From a virus, in IMG/VR virus record IMGVR_UViG_3300012017_000779, positions 18,179-82,178 of that record: a stretch of 64,000 nt of DNA. One strand, written 5' to 3'. Below, piece by piece: positions 17,201 through 26,900 of this stretch; the stretch's first letter is position 1, and every line of letters starts with the position of its first letter. Made by a program: the position numbers and the translations under genes. The notes under the pieces were generated by a model. That model had not been told where the DNA came from, ran no database searches, and saw only the letters and a program-made list of their open reading frames with translations.

Positions 17201-18224
17201 AATTAGTAAGATTAGATGTTTTAGCATTTTGAAATGATCTTCTAGCATTATTTACTGGATTAAGAAAAGAACCTACTGGAGTATCTAAAAGATAATTTGC
17301 ATCTTTCCAAAATGAATTTGCACTTTTTAAATTATTTAAAGACTGTACAGTTTGTACTGTATTTTCTGCATCTTTAGCAAACTTAAGTCCTTTTGCTGCT
17401 TTATATACATTACTTAAAGAATTTTTTGTAGCTCCTAAAAAACTTAAACCTCCTGTTACCGGAGCCAAAAGACCAGCAGCAATTTCTTCAGTTACTATTT
17501 CAGAAATAATTCCTGCAGTATAACCAAAGTTCATAAATGTATTACTAAAAAAAGGAACTAAACCTTTTTTAGTAGATGTACCAATAGCAGCTGCTTCTTC
17601 ATATTCTCTAGCATCATCTAAATCACCACTAGTAAAATCACCATGAACCATTTTTAATAAACTTTTTGGTCCAGCTACAAAACCTCTTGTAAATAATGGT
17701 ACAAAAGAATGTGTTAATTGTCTACCAAAGTCTTGCCATGCAGAAGTGTTTTCATTAAAAGTAGATTCATTATCTTTCATAGGATTAAATCCTATTTTAT
17801 CAAATGTTTCTGTTCCATATGCATAGTATCTTTTAAAGTGTGCATTTCCACTACTTCCAGCATTATAAGAATATAATTTTGCAGTTGAACCTTTTTGTTC
17901 ATGTGATTTTGATAAAGATGTTAAATAATTCTTAATTAAAGAAACTTTTTCTCTAGGATCTATACCTTTACTATTATATGCAATACCACCTTTTTTTGGA
18001 GGTGTGCCTACAATATATTTTCTTACATTTTTTGATTGATTAACTAAACCTTTTGGAACTAATGGATTTTCTAAAGCAGGAGGATTTGCTTTACCAAAAT
18101 CAATTGGATCACCTTCAAATGGAGTATAATTTTTAGCATCTGGATTAAGAGAATTTATACTTCCAACAGCAGGTCCTAATGTATCAAGAGGATTAAAACC
18201 TTCTTCATTGTTATTTAATGCCAT
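11208..18224 (-). CDS. Giant ejection/cargo protein (2338 aa) with hydrophobic segments, a GNAT-like cassette and a PD-(D/E)xK nuclease domain
   Basis: Lies directly upstream of the vRNAP. Gly/Ala-rich hydrophobic stretches (AAGLLAPVTGGLSFLGA; GFFMGTLGGG), GNAT motif A (IDGISANEVGKGQGSKMF), and nuclease motifs IAGEIDLIVVD...IIDIKTG...LQQAVY. Confidence 0.8.
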   Translation of the reverse strand: MALNNNEEGFNPLDTLGPAVGSINSLNPDAKNYTPFEGDPIDFGKANPPALENPLVPKGLVNQSKNVRKYIVGTPPKKGGIAYNSKGIDPREKVSLIKNYLTSLSKSHEQKGSTAKLYSYNAGSSGNAHFKRYYAYGTETFDKIGFNPMKDNESTFNENTSAWQDFGRQLTHSFVPLFTRGFVAGPKSLLKMVHGDFTSGDLDDAREYEEAAAIGTSTKKGLVPFFSNTFMNFGYTAGIISEIVTEEIAAGLLAPVTGGLSFLGATKNSLSNVYKAAKGLKFAKDAENTVQTVQSLNNLKSANSFWKDANYLLDTPVGSFLNPVNNARRSFQNAKTSNLTNLATAFKTAGGFYQDVRSINAAISESRLEAGMVQDKVYNNKYDQFYLRNKRAPTNEEQEDMTKVSVKSGLETFYKNAGLIYGTNKITFGNILNKGGIKNYFKNATQDIMNVSHKSFGTIGKVLYDKTAKQFLYQSSVGYQGFKNLAKSWMKQPLSKSVLGSIKYFKSNFSEGFQENAQEIIARANEKWYTDSYNSPYLKASLFNNAVNSINLKNNSGTPLSIYNEELNKEFSAQGFETFASGFFMGTLGGGMNKTFSLLQNAYGRIFDKAGYKAWTEQKEAVTNTLVNELNKIDINDLLSNRYVNAGSQDTLSLIKEQANTKESKDAELDSLINQVSTMIKTGSSEIFQDKLKSLRDVSDEALQEELKFDDLKDAERYRLKIDKTINKIDSIKEAYETVSENFPNPINNDNMPDRSDPNYVEAAALRNGWDVAVKNIVYANEAFKDVANRISSIKQTYLKNSTLKNVSSSKISPLFQVKLLADSINSFELELDMLKKGVKSKTSTTIESDKIKINDLEEEISTLKEFKTSYDAFNRFTNRSEYTKEVQEELQQDTEQDITAEDIEEKMSKLYGKEDDEEKMIELLSNLKKSHDSYLRTLAKAQDTNIFSTELDDAFVQLVDFYKLNKDSRNLASHIELLSDPENFYGLVRKNTEWSKRLYKNRKKYFRDLVKQEIANIESNALLNAMADEGLYMSANDYSDWQTLRTRPSEFFNSIDGEVYKIDTVKYNEIYDKYLSKDRDLKAKSKFSEVSNVIADYTEELVKLEEKKQNELDLLEKTVTQIPEESIELKGNAKSISIKNVDEILNNNSYIELTPKNSETTIILYKDDQGVLRYNDETGDVYDLNDKTRFTENKVYSEELIPDPIKVTEIENRYAKEKLDIIKNFETSKSLTDLEFEDPYIIGESDFKAMSDGLKDKLYKDFQTTLPSKTTEDKINAPDASSKAFQDWVNTDASAKTIIDEFNKDIELISEFTFQNNDKTVNTNDLSTNQIIAVVNEKSKELNKLREELSKLKEDDPNYNIKKLEIETLSEETKKLLKVNKSRSLQERTTPQKKVIKEIEKLIALNKSVQKDYVLTEDDPVTGLKKGDKAYLIDNLVHRRVTNAIQAYLEKYEYSSYKLVEKSYDDTIRKNGLNEASVDAFIKLLKDGGASGINDKLFTELSKDIKSFITSNVVNNKIESLNNQIKSLKEDIALSKKAKNKDRVKTLNADLKTLTAKLTALGTTDTKADIEYLGTPEISKIEIGTINNIVINGDLYQFKTKDGLISGVMISPTEFRIDGISANEVGKGQGSKMFETLIRYLKAKGVKTLKTESAGEGAIKMHNKAVDKGLLTKVKEDGRFAIFTINNTELAALDTTVETDINNEELFDKVLNLISEKSYEDGRVAGNYVDLIKDYFQYGKKPEFDEKIISKKAYEELFNDDTGYIVQLGKKFKDEGYYIVGNNLVVWDSNIVTEEGKKDRIAGEIDLIVVDKKGNAFIIDIKTGSKSKWTNFNSLTNSFDNKKYSKRNEYTLQQAVYRELLKRQTGVETEIGLLPIERESDKETDQIISAKKPLAAGLAKEVIYEFDDDGKVKKNKFKDPKGDKDFEEKIFKTGPNNAINDVFIPLSLESVAEEIDDLLAPKDDEGAQSFSFESPDIKQTSQEVQLLKNKNAVIINSYKKDLENSQISLDKLENILKSITIPDISNIAISNAFIADRLKVSEDGDNKFKNYYDKHKSFEDSTKPPHENQLMAAKILNATKIITDVEYQSIESQDLNMAEVSELIHNAVIRIEYLIANDTSNAQEFKVYQKTLFSYMGQSSFHMNLQDTVNVLGNLNKTNYNSLLTNEILKLTNKLQYAKIDFQKKNILGSIEKLTNLKDNLLSLYGEVKEEFVSPIEVNSRYFKNNKDYTQVTVMKVDGDKITIKGNRKNSKESIVNTKDLLNKDLYLTSEDIENLKSEESTYEANESEKTILKEVQNTTDTFINSTEDKNKATEIGLKDNITKIEDDLLTKIKNCQ
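13138..13555. repeat. 22-bp imperfect direct repeats (13138-13159 and 13534-13555) flanking the GNAT-like cassette
   Basis: gtatctaaagcagctagttctg vs gtacctaaagcagttagttttg (19/22 identical), 396 bp apart and in frame; they encode TELAALDT and AKLTALGT. Confidence 0.6.
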
Positions 18225-21210
18225 AACTATTCATTTGTTGAAAAGTAGTAAAATAATCATCTTTAAGATTTGGAAAAAATTCATTAACTAATGAATTTCT
18301 AAATTCAGTTAATTGATTTCCATAAACAGTTGAACTTTCAGTAAAAGTTTCAATTGTTTTTTTACCAGTATTAGGATCAATAAAAGGAAAAGTACCTGTT
18401 ACAGTAAAATCACTTGGACCTCCTAAACTTTTATTAATTTGAAATTTATAATCATTATCTGTAAGATCTTCATATTTATATGGTTTACCTCTACTAATAT
18501 TTGCAGCAAGAGGATCTTCAAAATAATCTTTATACATTTGACTTTCCATTTCTTTATTTTTCATCATATATGTAATACCATTTTTTAACATTAAATCTGC
18601 TTGATTTTGACTTAATATTCCTGATTTTTTAACTGAACCATCAGTATTTAATTGACGAGTATTTTCAGTAATCCACTCTATATCAGGTTTTAAAATATAA
18701 CCTCCTATATCACTTTTACTACCTGCAGTAGGTAATACAGTAAGTTTAACTACTCCAAATTTACTTTTAGGATTATCAATATCTGCTCTAAACTTATTTA
18801 ATATTTGTAAACCTAAGTCATTTCTTTTAAAATCAGATCCAGCTTTATCATAAGCATTGGCACTATAACCCATAAAAGAAACTCTATCAGTTTTAGAATT
18901 TTGCCAGTCAAATTTATCTAAATCATACATGGCTTCTCCCCAATAAGTTCTACCAACAGGATTATTAGGATGTACAACAATTGAACTTAGTGCATCTACT
19001 GCTATTCCAGTACCAGTTCCACGTAAACCAGCATCATTATTTTTTAAAAAGTCACTATCACTATATAATTTATTAGCTCTTGTATTAAAAAAGTCATACT
19101 CTTCATAATCTCCACCTTCAGATCTACCAATACCTGGTATCATATCTTTAGCCTTTTCCCAATAAGATCTTCCATCATAAGTATATTTTCCTGCTTTTGC
19201 TAATGCAGCAAAGTATTCATCTTTTGTTCTTTTGTTGCCACTTTCATCAAATAAATATTGAACATTACCTCTATTTTCACCAGTAAGTTCATTCATTATT
19301 TTACTTTCAATAAGTTTTGATGTTTTTATTTTCCACTTTTCAGTTTCATCTAAATATCTAAAAGTGTCATCTAATACTAATTTACCAGCTACATACTGTT
19401 TATATGGTTCATTATCTTTTTGAAATGTAGTAAAAGTACTATCTCCTTTATGATTCGAAATATAATTATTAAATTTATTTACAATTTTTTTAAGATCATT
19501 GTCACCAATTCTATTTGTTAAATACCAATTTATTGATTTATCATCTTTTATTTGTTTGTCAAATGCATCTAAAGTAACTTTTTTATTTTTACTATAACTT
19601 AAAATTTCAGTAGCTTCTGCTTGACTCATTTTATTACTAGAAACTAAATCATTTAACATATGAGTCATGTTCTTTAATACACCTTGAGCATTATTTTCAC
19701 CAATAAGCATTTGTGTATCTACTTTCATTTTTTGATAATACTTATTTGTTTCATCTGTAACACTACCAGTTTTAAGTGAACCTTTGGGTTCAGAAAAAGT
19801 TTGATTTTGATTTTTATATTTTGCAAAAACTATATTACCATCAGCATCATTAGTCATATAACCTTGTTTAGTATCAACTAAATATTTACCATAAGCAGCT
19901 TCTTTCTCAGCAGCAGCTTTAATATTTGCTGCTTTTACTGTAGCATTAGCTCTTGTACGTGCTGCACTCATAGTTGCTGCATTTCTTTGAGCAACAAGAC
20001 GGCTTTCTAATTGATTTTTATAATCTGCAAGTTTATATTGATCAACTTTAACATCAGTCTTCATATTTTTTAAAGCAAATAAATTAGCATCTTCTAAAAA
20101 TTGTTTTTGCATTAAAGCAGCTGCCATTCCATTATCTACTTTCCATTTTAAAGATTTTACATCACCATAAGGATTTTTAAATTTACCATCAGCATCAACA
20201 GTTTCTTTCATGATGTCAGCATTTGTTTTTGCTCTATTTAATACTTTAGTATTTATGTCTTTATTTAATTTAAGTTGAGCAATTTCTTTATCAATATTTG
20301 GTCCTCCTTTATTTTCTTTTTTTTGTTTTTCTAAGTCTAGTAACTGAGCATCATAATTTGTATTGACTTCATTTAAATGATCATACTGAGCAATAGATTG
20401 ATCTTTAAGAACAGTAAACTTGTCTTCTAAATATTTCATTTCTGCCTTATTCTTATCTCCTCCAAACTGTGCTGCATTAGTTACACCATATCTTTTTCTA
20501 TCTACATATGCTTTAGTTCTAAACCAATCTTGTACTCCTGGATCATCACCAAGACTAGCTTCATATAATTTATATAACGGTTCAACTAACTTTTCACCAT
20601 TAGTTGTTGTTATTATATAACCATTCTTAAACTCAGGTGCAAATTGTACATTTCCAAAGTCTTTAGTAATTTTACTAAGTTCTGCAGTAATATCTCTGTT
20701 AGGAGTATAGTTTGATATTTCAATATTTCCAGCTTCTTCATCAGTAGCATCTTTAAATTCTTGTAATTCAAACTTAATTTTATCTACTCCTTCACTCCAA
20801 TATTTTTTATTTTGTATTGGATCAATTTTACTTAAGTAACCTTCACCAAGAGAAATTTGAGATTTAGCTTTTTTGGTTTTAACCATGTCAGACATTAAAG
20901 CAGCATCTTCATAAAAAGGTTTAAATATTTGAGAAGCTTGATTAACATTTTGTTCTAAAGATAAATCTAACTGTGATACTCTTTTTAAATTAAATTCAAT
21001 GTCTTTTAAATATGTGTCTCTTTTTTTTATATTATTATCTCTTGTTAAATCAGCATTATAGTATTCACTATACATACTATTTAAAGCCTTCCAATTACTA
21101 TCATATTGAGACTGTTTAGTCTGCATAATATTTTGATAGAAATTGTAGTCAGGCTCAAAAGGCTGAAATTGAGGAATGTAATCTGTGACACCTTGGATGT
21201 ACGTTGCCAT
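18211..21210 (-). CDS. Putative ejection/cargo structural protein (999 aa)
   Basis: Long helical ORF between the cargo genes and the two giant proteins, with its own promoter motif and a 14-bp overlap with the next gene. No enzymatic motif recognised. Confidence 0.6.
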   Translation of the reverse strand: MATYIQGVTDYIPQFQPFEPDYNFYQNIMQTKQSQYDSNWKALNSMYSEYYNADLTRDNNIKKRDTYLKDIEFNLKRVSQLDLSLEQNVNQASQIFKPFYEDAALMSDMVKTKKAKSQISLGEGYLSKIDPIQNKKYWSEGVDKIKFELQEFKDATDEEAGNIEISNYTPNRDITAELSKITKDFGNVQFAPEFKNGYIITTTNGEKLVEPLYKLYEASLGDDPGVQDWFRTKAYVDRKRYGVTNAAQFGGDKNKAEMKYLEDKFTVLKDQSIAQYDHLNEVNTNYDAQLLDLEKQKKENKGGPNIDKEIAQLKLNKDINTKVLNRAKTNADIMKETVDADGKFKNPYGDVKSLKWKVDNGMAAALMQKQFLEDANLFALKNMKTDVKVDQYKLADYKNQLESRLVAQRNAATMSAARTRANATVKAANIKAAAEKEAAYGKYLVDTKQGYMTNDADGNIVFAKYKNQNQTFSEPKGSLKTGSVTDETNKYYQKMKVDTQMLIGENNAQGVLKNMTHMLNDLVSSNKMSQAEATEILSYSKNKKVTLDAFDKQIKDDKSINWYLTNRIGDNDLKKIVNKFNNYISNHKGDSTFTTFQKDNEPYKQYVAGKLVLDDTFRYLDETEKWKIKTSKLIESKIMNELTGENRGNVQYLFDESGNKRTKDEYFAALAKAGKYTYDGRSYWEKAKDMIPGIGRSEGGDYEEYDFFNTRANKLYSDSDFLKNNDAGLRGTGTGIAVDALSSIVVHPNNPVGRTYWGEAMYDLDKFDWQNSKTDRVSFMGYSANAYDKAGSDFKRNDLGLQILNKFRADIDNPKSKFGVVKLTVLPTAGSKSDIGGYILKPDIEWITENTRQLNTDGSVKKSGILSQNQADLMLKNGITYMMKNKEMESQMYKDYFEDPLAANISRGKPYKYEDLTDNDYKFQINKSLGGPSDFTVTGTFPFIDPNTGKKTIETFTESSTVYGNQLTEFRNSLVNEFFPNLKDDYFTTFQQMNSYGIK

Positions 21211-21231
21211 AATTTATCTTTATCTATATTG

Positions 21232-21263
21232 TAAATATATTAAAATTTTATAAGTTTAATAAA
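21232..21263 (-). promoter_or_regulatory. Putative promoter TTTA-N20-TATATTTA upstream of 21210
   Basis: One of six intergenic copies with near-constant spacing; overlapped by the inverted repeat AAGTTTA-A-TAAACTT. Confidence 0.65.
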
Positions 21264-21281
21264 CTTTAAAAATTTAGTTGG

Positions 21282-23930
21282 TTAATAATTAGGATATACT
21301 GTATAAACATAACCTCCATACTCAAAGGATTCACCACCATATTTATGATTGTCCATATAAATTTTAATACAATTGTTTAAAGCATTACCTGATTGATCTT
21401 TACAATGTTCTTCTGCATCTTCATAAGTATTTTTTCTTTTTGTACTATCAAGTGTTTTATCAGTTGGAGTATATGTTACTCTTCCACCTGGTCCAGCATC
21501 AGTTTGATAGTTAGGATACATTTGATTAAGAGCATCAGTTTTCCATTTATTAGTTACTGCAGTATTATAAGCATTTCTTAAGTTTTGTCTACCTTGTAAC
21601 TTAGCATTATCAAACTGTTGATTAGCAATAGTATTTTTATCAAAAACTCTATTTGCCATTTGTTGGTTTAACATAGATTCTTGATTTCTTATACCTACTT
21701 GTGTACCTTCAAACTGGTTTGCTATGTTTACATTCTGATTATTTATATTACTCAAAGTATTTGCAGCTTGTGCAGCAGCATTTCCTTGAGTTGCAGCATT
21801 TCTGGCACCTAATCCTTGAGCACCTGCAAAAGATGCAGAAGCTTGAGAAGCAATATTTGCTTGTTCAGATTGTGCACCTAATTCTCTTGTAGGATCTAAA
21901 AATGTAGGTCTTGGTTCTTCAAGATCAACTCTTGCTTCCCATGGCATATACTTTTTAATACTTGCTAAATCAGATACAGCACCCATAGTATTTACATTAT
22001 CTTGTAACCACCATTCAGCAGGTTTTCTTTCACCAGGTACAACTTTATCAGTAGTTGTAGTAGTTGAATCTTCTTTAGTTTTTTCTTCTGTAGTTTTTGT
22101 TGTTTCATAACATGATGCATCATCAGCTATACAATTTCCATCTTTATCTACTGGAGCTTTTTTAGTATTACCTTGAGCATCTTTATATATACTACCATCA
22201 GTTTTTTTACAAAGACAAGGATCTTTTGCTTCATCTGGTAACTTTTCAAAATCAAAATTTATAGGTGTTCTTGAAGATGTAAAAGCTCCAAAATCAGAAT
22301 CAATTCCTTGTCCTGATGTGTTGTCAAAACCAAAATCACTTATAAGACTAGACTTTAAATTAGTTAATTCATTTTCAGTATAGGCTGGTCTTCCAGAAGC
22401 AACTTTTTTAGCATTAAGTTCTTTTACTTTATTAGGTATATAATCATTATTAATCCAAGTTTGAAATTCTTTAACTTTAGGATTATTTTTTCCTGGTCCA
22501 CCTGGCTTATTTATTTCTTCTAATAATTCAGCATATTCTGGATATACTCCATCCCATTTAGCAAAACTTGTTAAGTTTTTTTCAGCATTTCCAAAACCTA
22601 TTTTAGAAGGTTTTTGAACATCCTCATATTCATCAACACCAACAGCTTCATCATTAAGTTTAATACCATATTCTTTAGTATAATCAGTTTTTGACTGTTG
22701 TTTTGTTTTATTTTTTTTATCACCAGGACCACCTACAACATACTTAGGCATACCACCATAAGCCATTTCATATGGATCATCATAAAAAGGCATATCATAG
22801 CCACCCATAGACATACCATAAGCTGCCATAGGAGCTTGTTGCATCTGTCTTGGATCTTGTTCTTGTCCACCTTGCATTTGTTGCATAACACCCATTACAA
22901 GTTGTTGTACTTGATCTTCAGGCATTCCTAATTCTACAAAAATTTGTGCAATTGCTTCAGGAGGAACTTGACCTTGCAATAACTCAACAGTTAACTCTTC
23001 AGGTTCAGCACCTTGTTGTAAAGCCTCTGCAACTTGTTGCATAATCTGCATCATTTGTTGATCTTGACCACCTTGTTGTGGTTGCTGTTGAGCTTGTTGT
23101 TGTTGCATCATCATCATTTCTTCTTCAGATGGTTGTTGCATTCCTTCTTGAGCTCTTCTTAATCTTCTCATTCCACCATATCTCATCATTTCTTCTTGTG
23201 ATTGTGCAGTTGGTTCACCATTAGGCATTTCCATAACTTCTTCTTCCTCTTCTTGAGGCATGTTATTATTATTAGATTGCTGTTGACCTTTTGGATTTTC
23301 TTTTTTAGGAATTAAATCTTCTTCAGTAATACCATTAGCTTCCATGTATGGTTCAGATAATTTAGGGATTCCTTGAGGAAATCCTTTTTTAGATTCCTGA
23401 GCAAGAGCAAGAGCACCTAATTTAATAACATAATTTTTAATCATCATTTCAGCAGTTTTTATATCTAACTTATCTGAATTACGATCTTGTAAAATTTCTC
23501 TATATCTATTTATATCAAATTTTTTAGACATTTCTGCAGGAGTATAACCACCTTTTTTTGTAGGCATGTTAAACATTTTTAATAATACCGGATCATTAAT
23601 CATCATAGCTTTGGTATCACTAAAAATAAAACTATCATCTGGAAGATTTAATGGTACACCACCTTTAGTATGTCTTGGACCTTCTATATTAAAAAATGAA
23701 GGAATTTTACTGCCATCTATATTACCTATTACAGTTTCTCCACCTTCAGCTTCTAAGTTAGCATCTTTTCTAGGTACCGCAGTTATACTTTTAGTAACCT
23801 TGATATTAGAATGATCTTTAAAATTAGTGTTGCTATCACCAAATGATGACACATCATTTTTTAAAGAACCATCTACTTGATAGCCAACTTTTGCTTTTGG
23901 TAAAGATTTTATTCTTACTTTATAGTACAT
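21282..23930 (-). CDS. Internal cargo protein (882 aa) with Gln/Met-rich low-complexity tracts and xxxxGG motifs
   Basis: N-terminal EAEGGETV...GPRHTKGGVPL...FIFSD block typical of crAss-like cargo proteins; Ala/Gln/Asn-rich coiled C-terminus. Confidence 0.65.
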   Translation of the reverse strand: MYYKVRIKSLPKAKVGYQVDGSLKNDVSSFGDSNTNFKDHSNIKVTKSITAVPRKDANLEAEGGETVIGNIDGSKIPSFFNIEGPRHTKGGVPLNLPDDSFIFSDTKAMMINDPVLLKMFNMPTKKGGYTPAEMSKKFDINRYREILQDRNSDKLDIKTAEMMIKNYVIKLGALALAQESKKGFPQGIPKLSEPYMEANGITEEDLIPKKENPKGQQQSNNNNMPQEEEEEVMEMPNGEPTAQSQEEMMRYGGMRRLRRAQEGMQQPSEEEMMMMQQQQAQQQPQQGGQDQQMMQIMQQVAEALQQGAEPEELTVELLQGQVPPEAIAQIFVELGMPEDQVQQLVMGVMQQMQGGQEQDPRQMQQAPMAAYGMSMGGYDMPFYDDPYEMAYGGMPKYVVGGPGDKKNKTKQQSKTDYTKEYGIKLNDEAVGVDEYEDVQKPSKIGFGNAEKNLTSFAKWDGVYPEYAELLEEINKPGGPGKNNPKVKEFQTWINNDYIPNKVKELNAKKVASGRPAYTENELTNLKSSLISDFGFDNTSGQGIDSDFGAFTSSRTPINFDFEKLPDEAKDPCLCKKTDGSIYKDAQGNTKKAPVDKDGNCIADDASCYETTKTTEEKTKEDSTTTTTDKVVPGERKPAEWWLQDNVNTMGAVSDLASIKKYMPWEARVDLEEPRPTFLDPTRELGAQSEQANIASQASASFAGAQGLGARNAATQGNAAAQAANTLSNINNQNVNIANQFEGTQVGIRNQESMLNQQMANRVFDKNTIANQQFDNAKLQGRQNLRNAYNTAVTNKWKTDALNQMYPNYQTDAGPGGRVTYTPTDKTLDSTKRKNTYEDAEEHCKDQSGNALNNCIKIYMDNHKYGGESFEYGGYVYTVYPNY

Positions 23931-23940
23931 AATTAATTAT

Positions 23941-26900
23941 TTATAAAAATTCAACTTGTCCACCTTCTGCCATAAAAGCTCTAATTTGATCTTCAGACAT
24001 GTATGTTATTTTTTCACCACCCTCAGCATAAGTTAATTCATCTTCTTCATCTTCTTCTGTATAAGGATCATAATATTCTTCTTCATCTATGTATCCACCA
24101 TATTGTGCAGATCTACTGTTCCACATTTGACCTTGTTCATCAGGTCTATATAATCCTGAATTAGTATCATAATCTCCTTTATCTCTACTAGGATCAGAAG
24201 CATAAAGATTATTAGAACTTAAGTTTTCATACATTTCATTTTCTTTTTTTCTACTTTCTATATTTTTTCTTATACCATCTATAACATCTACACCTGCATT
24301 AAATGTTTGTAGTCTTGCTTCATTTTTTGATGTATCAGCATTAGCACCAAAAGCAAGGTCTTTTTTATTTTCTACATCAACAGCATACATATCATTAAAG
24401 GATGGTTTATCTTCATTTATTTGAAGATTTCCACTTTTATCTTTTATAACTCCAGGTTTTTCACCAGTCAATGGATTTCTATAATCTTTATCTATTACTC
24501 CTGGTTGTTTTATATCTTGAATATTATTTCCAAAGTCAGATCCTGTAGATCTTTTTTTAACAACTTTACCCATAAAATCTACACAATCTCCAGCTGCATT
24601 TTTAGTAGAACCCATTGGACATTCTCCTGGACTCATAGAAGTTTGAAAACCATCTTCTGCTCTAGGAAGAAACATATCTAAATTACCACCATATTGCATT
24701 TCAGTATTTCTTGGTCCTGATGTATTAATTAATTGATCAGATGAAAAAGGAATTCCTTGTAATTCTTTTGATTGAGTATTTCTTAATTGATTCATTGTAT
24801 CCTGATTAGATTTAATATCTAATCTTCCTGTATTACGATAAGGATGATCTAAAGGAAAATCTGCATAAGGATCATATTTTTTAATTGGCTTACCACCTAT
24901 TGGATTACCATATTCATCTAAACCTTGCATTCTAAGTTTTAAATTATTTATAAAACCATAACCTTGTCTTCCAGATCTTTGATTTTTATTATTTTCTCTA
25001 GTATCTTCAGGATAATTATCTCTAACTGGTTTTTTTGCACCTTGACAATTTGGTGAATTAGGAAAATCTAAACAATATCTATCACGACCTCTTTGAGAAG
25101 CATCAGTACCTTTTGATGTAGTAATAGGTTGACCAGATTGACCATTAAAATACATAGTATATTTTTTTGGTCTACCTGACCAGAATCTAGTTTTATCTAC
25201 ATTTATACTAGATAAGTTACCCATATTAATAGGCATAACAATTGTCTTTCCTGTTCTTGGATCATAAACTCTTTGAATTTCATTTCTATAAGTTCTTTGT
25301 GGACTTAATATATTTCCGGGAAAATAATTTTCAATAAATTTTCTAACTCCACCACCTCTTTGAAAATAAGGATCAGTTGTATCTATAGAATTTGAATAAT
25401 CCATATCTTGTTGAGTAGGATCATAACCACCTTGATTAAATTCATATAAATCAGGATTCTCACTATCTACAAAACCTCCATTTTCAAGATTAGGATCAAA
25501 AAATCTTCCAAGTCTTTCCATAAATGATGGATCTCTATAATAATAATCAGATTTCTTTTTTGTTTTTTTAGTAGTAGTTTTCTTTTTATTAGTAGTTGTA
25601 AATTTAGGAATTTGATTTTCAGGAATTATAACTTTATTTTTTTTAATTTCTATTAAAGTAGGAGAAGAATTTCTTTTTACTTCTGGTTTATAAACACTAC
25701 TTATTATTGGTGTATTTGCTACAGTTGCATTTGGATTAACTGTTGCTTGTGTAATTACTTCTTTAGAAGTACCCGTTGGTAAAGTTGAAAATTTTCCTGG
25801 TTGTAAATAATCAGGTATTTTATCACTATTAGCATCTGTTGTAAAAAAACCATGAGGTAAAAGTGTACCTTGTTTTGGTAAGTCTGTACTTTGAGATTTA
25901 TTTATTATAGTTGCAACAGTACTTGACACTGTACTTTGTGAAGATTTAACAACAGGTTTTTGTGATACTACATCTGGATTATTTCCATTAGCAATATCTA
26001 CAAGTGGAGAATATCCATAAAAATCTATTCTATATTTACTTGGTTTTCCTGTTAACCAATTTGATTTTCTAACATCTACACTATAAGAAGGATGATCATA
26101 AGAATGCATTTCATTATTGCTATTTTCATTTCTTCTTGGAAAACAATTTGTTTGTCCATTTTCATCTTCAAAACATGTATTGTTTCTTTCATTAAATTGT
26201 CCTTTAACAGCATAATCAGTTGCATCTACATAACCATCTTTATTATAATCTCCTTCTTCAAATGTTGTTGTAGGATAATCATTAACATTAAAATAATCTA
26301 TATTATCTTCTCTATCTCTTCTATTTTGACCTGTTATAAAATCTTTTAATTGGTTTGCTCTATATTTCAACTCATTACCACGAACAACTTTAGGATCTCT
26401 TGAACCTGCAGAACCACCTCTTCTCATCATATCATTTTGAGGTTGCATTTGTTGTTGCATCATTTGATCATATTCTTGTTCAGCTTGTTGTTTTAAGTTA
26501 AACATTTCTGTTTCTTTCTTTAAACTACTTATAAAATTATTTAGTTTTTGTTTTCTAATTTTTTTACCAGTAGGATCTCCTGCTTCAGGATCTTCATCAG
26601 ATTTTTTTTCTTCACCACCTTCTGCTTTTTTTGCTAATTTTAAAATAGAATTAACATAAACTCTTTTATTTCTTTTATAATTTCCTCCCATTTTCATTTC
26701 AGGAGGTGCATCTAAAGCATATTCACTAGATACATCAGATTCTTCTTCTTCTTCTTCAGAATTATCTTCATTTTCATATTCACTATTTTGATTTATATCT
26801 TTACTAGCATAATGATTATAATACATTCCTGTTGCAGGATCTACAGTTCCATTTAACATATCTGCCATATTATATGGTAAATAAGTTTCTATTTCTGGAA

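Noticed and set aside
22850-23300. (TTG)n/(TTC)n tracts resembling microsatellites or a repeat array
   Set aside because: They encode poly-Gln/Glu low-complexity protein and show no repeat-spacer structure.
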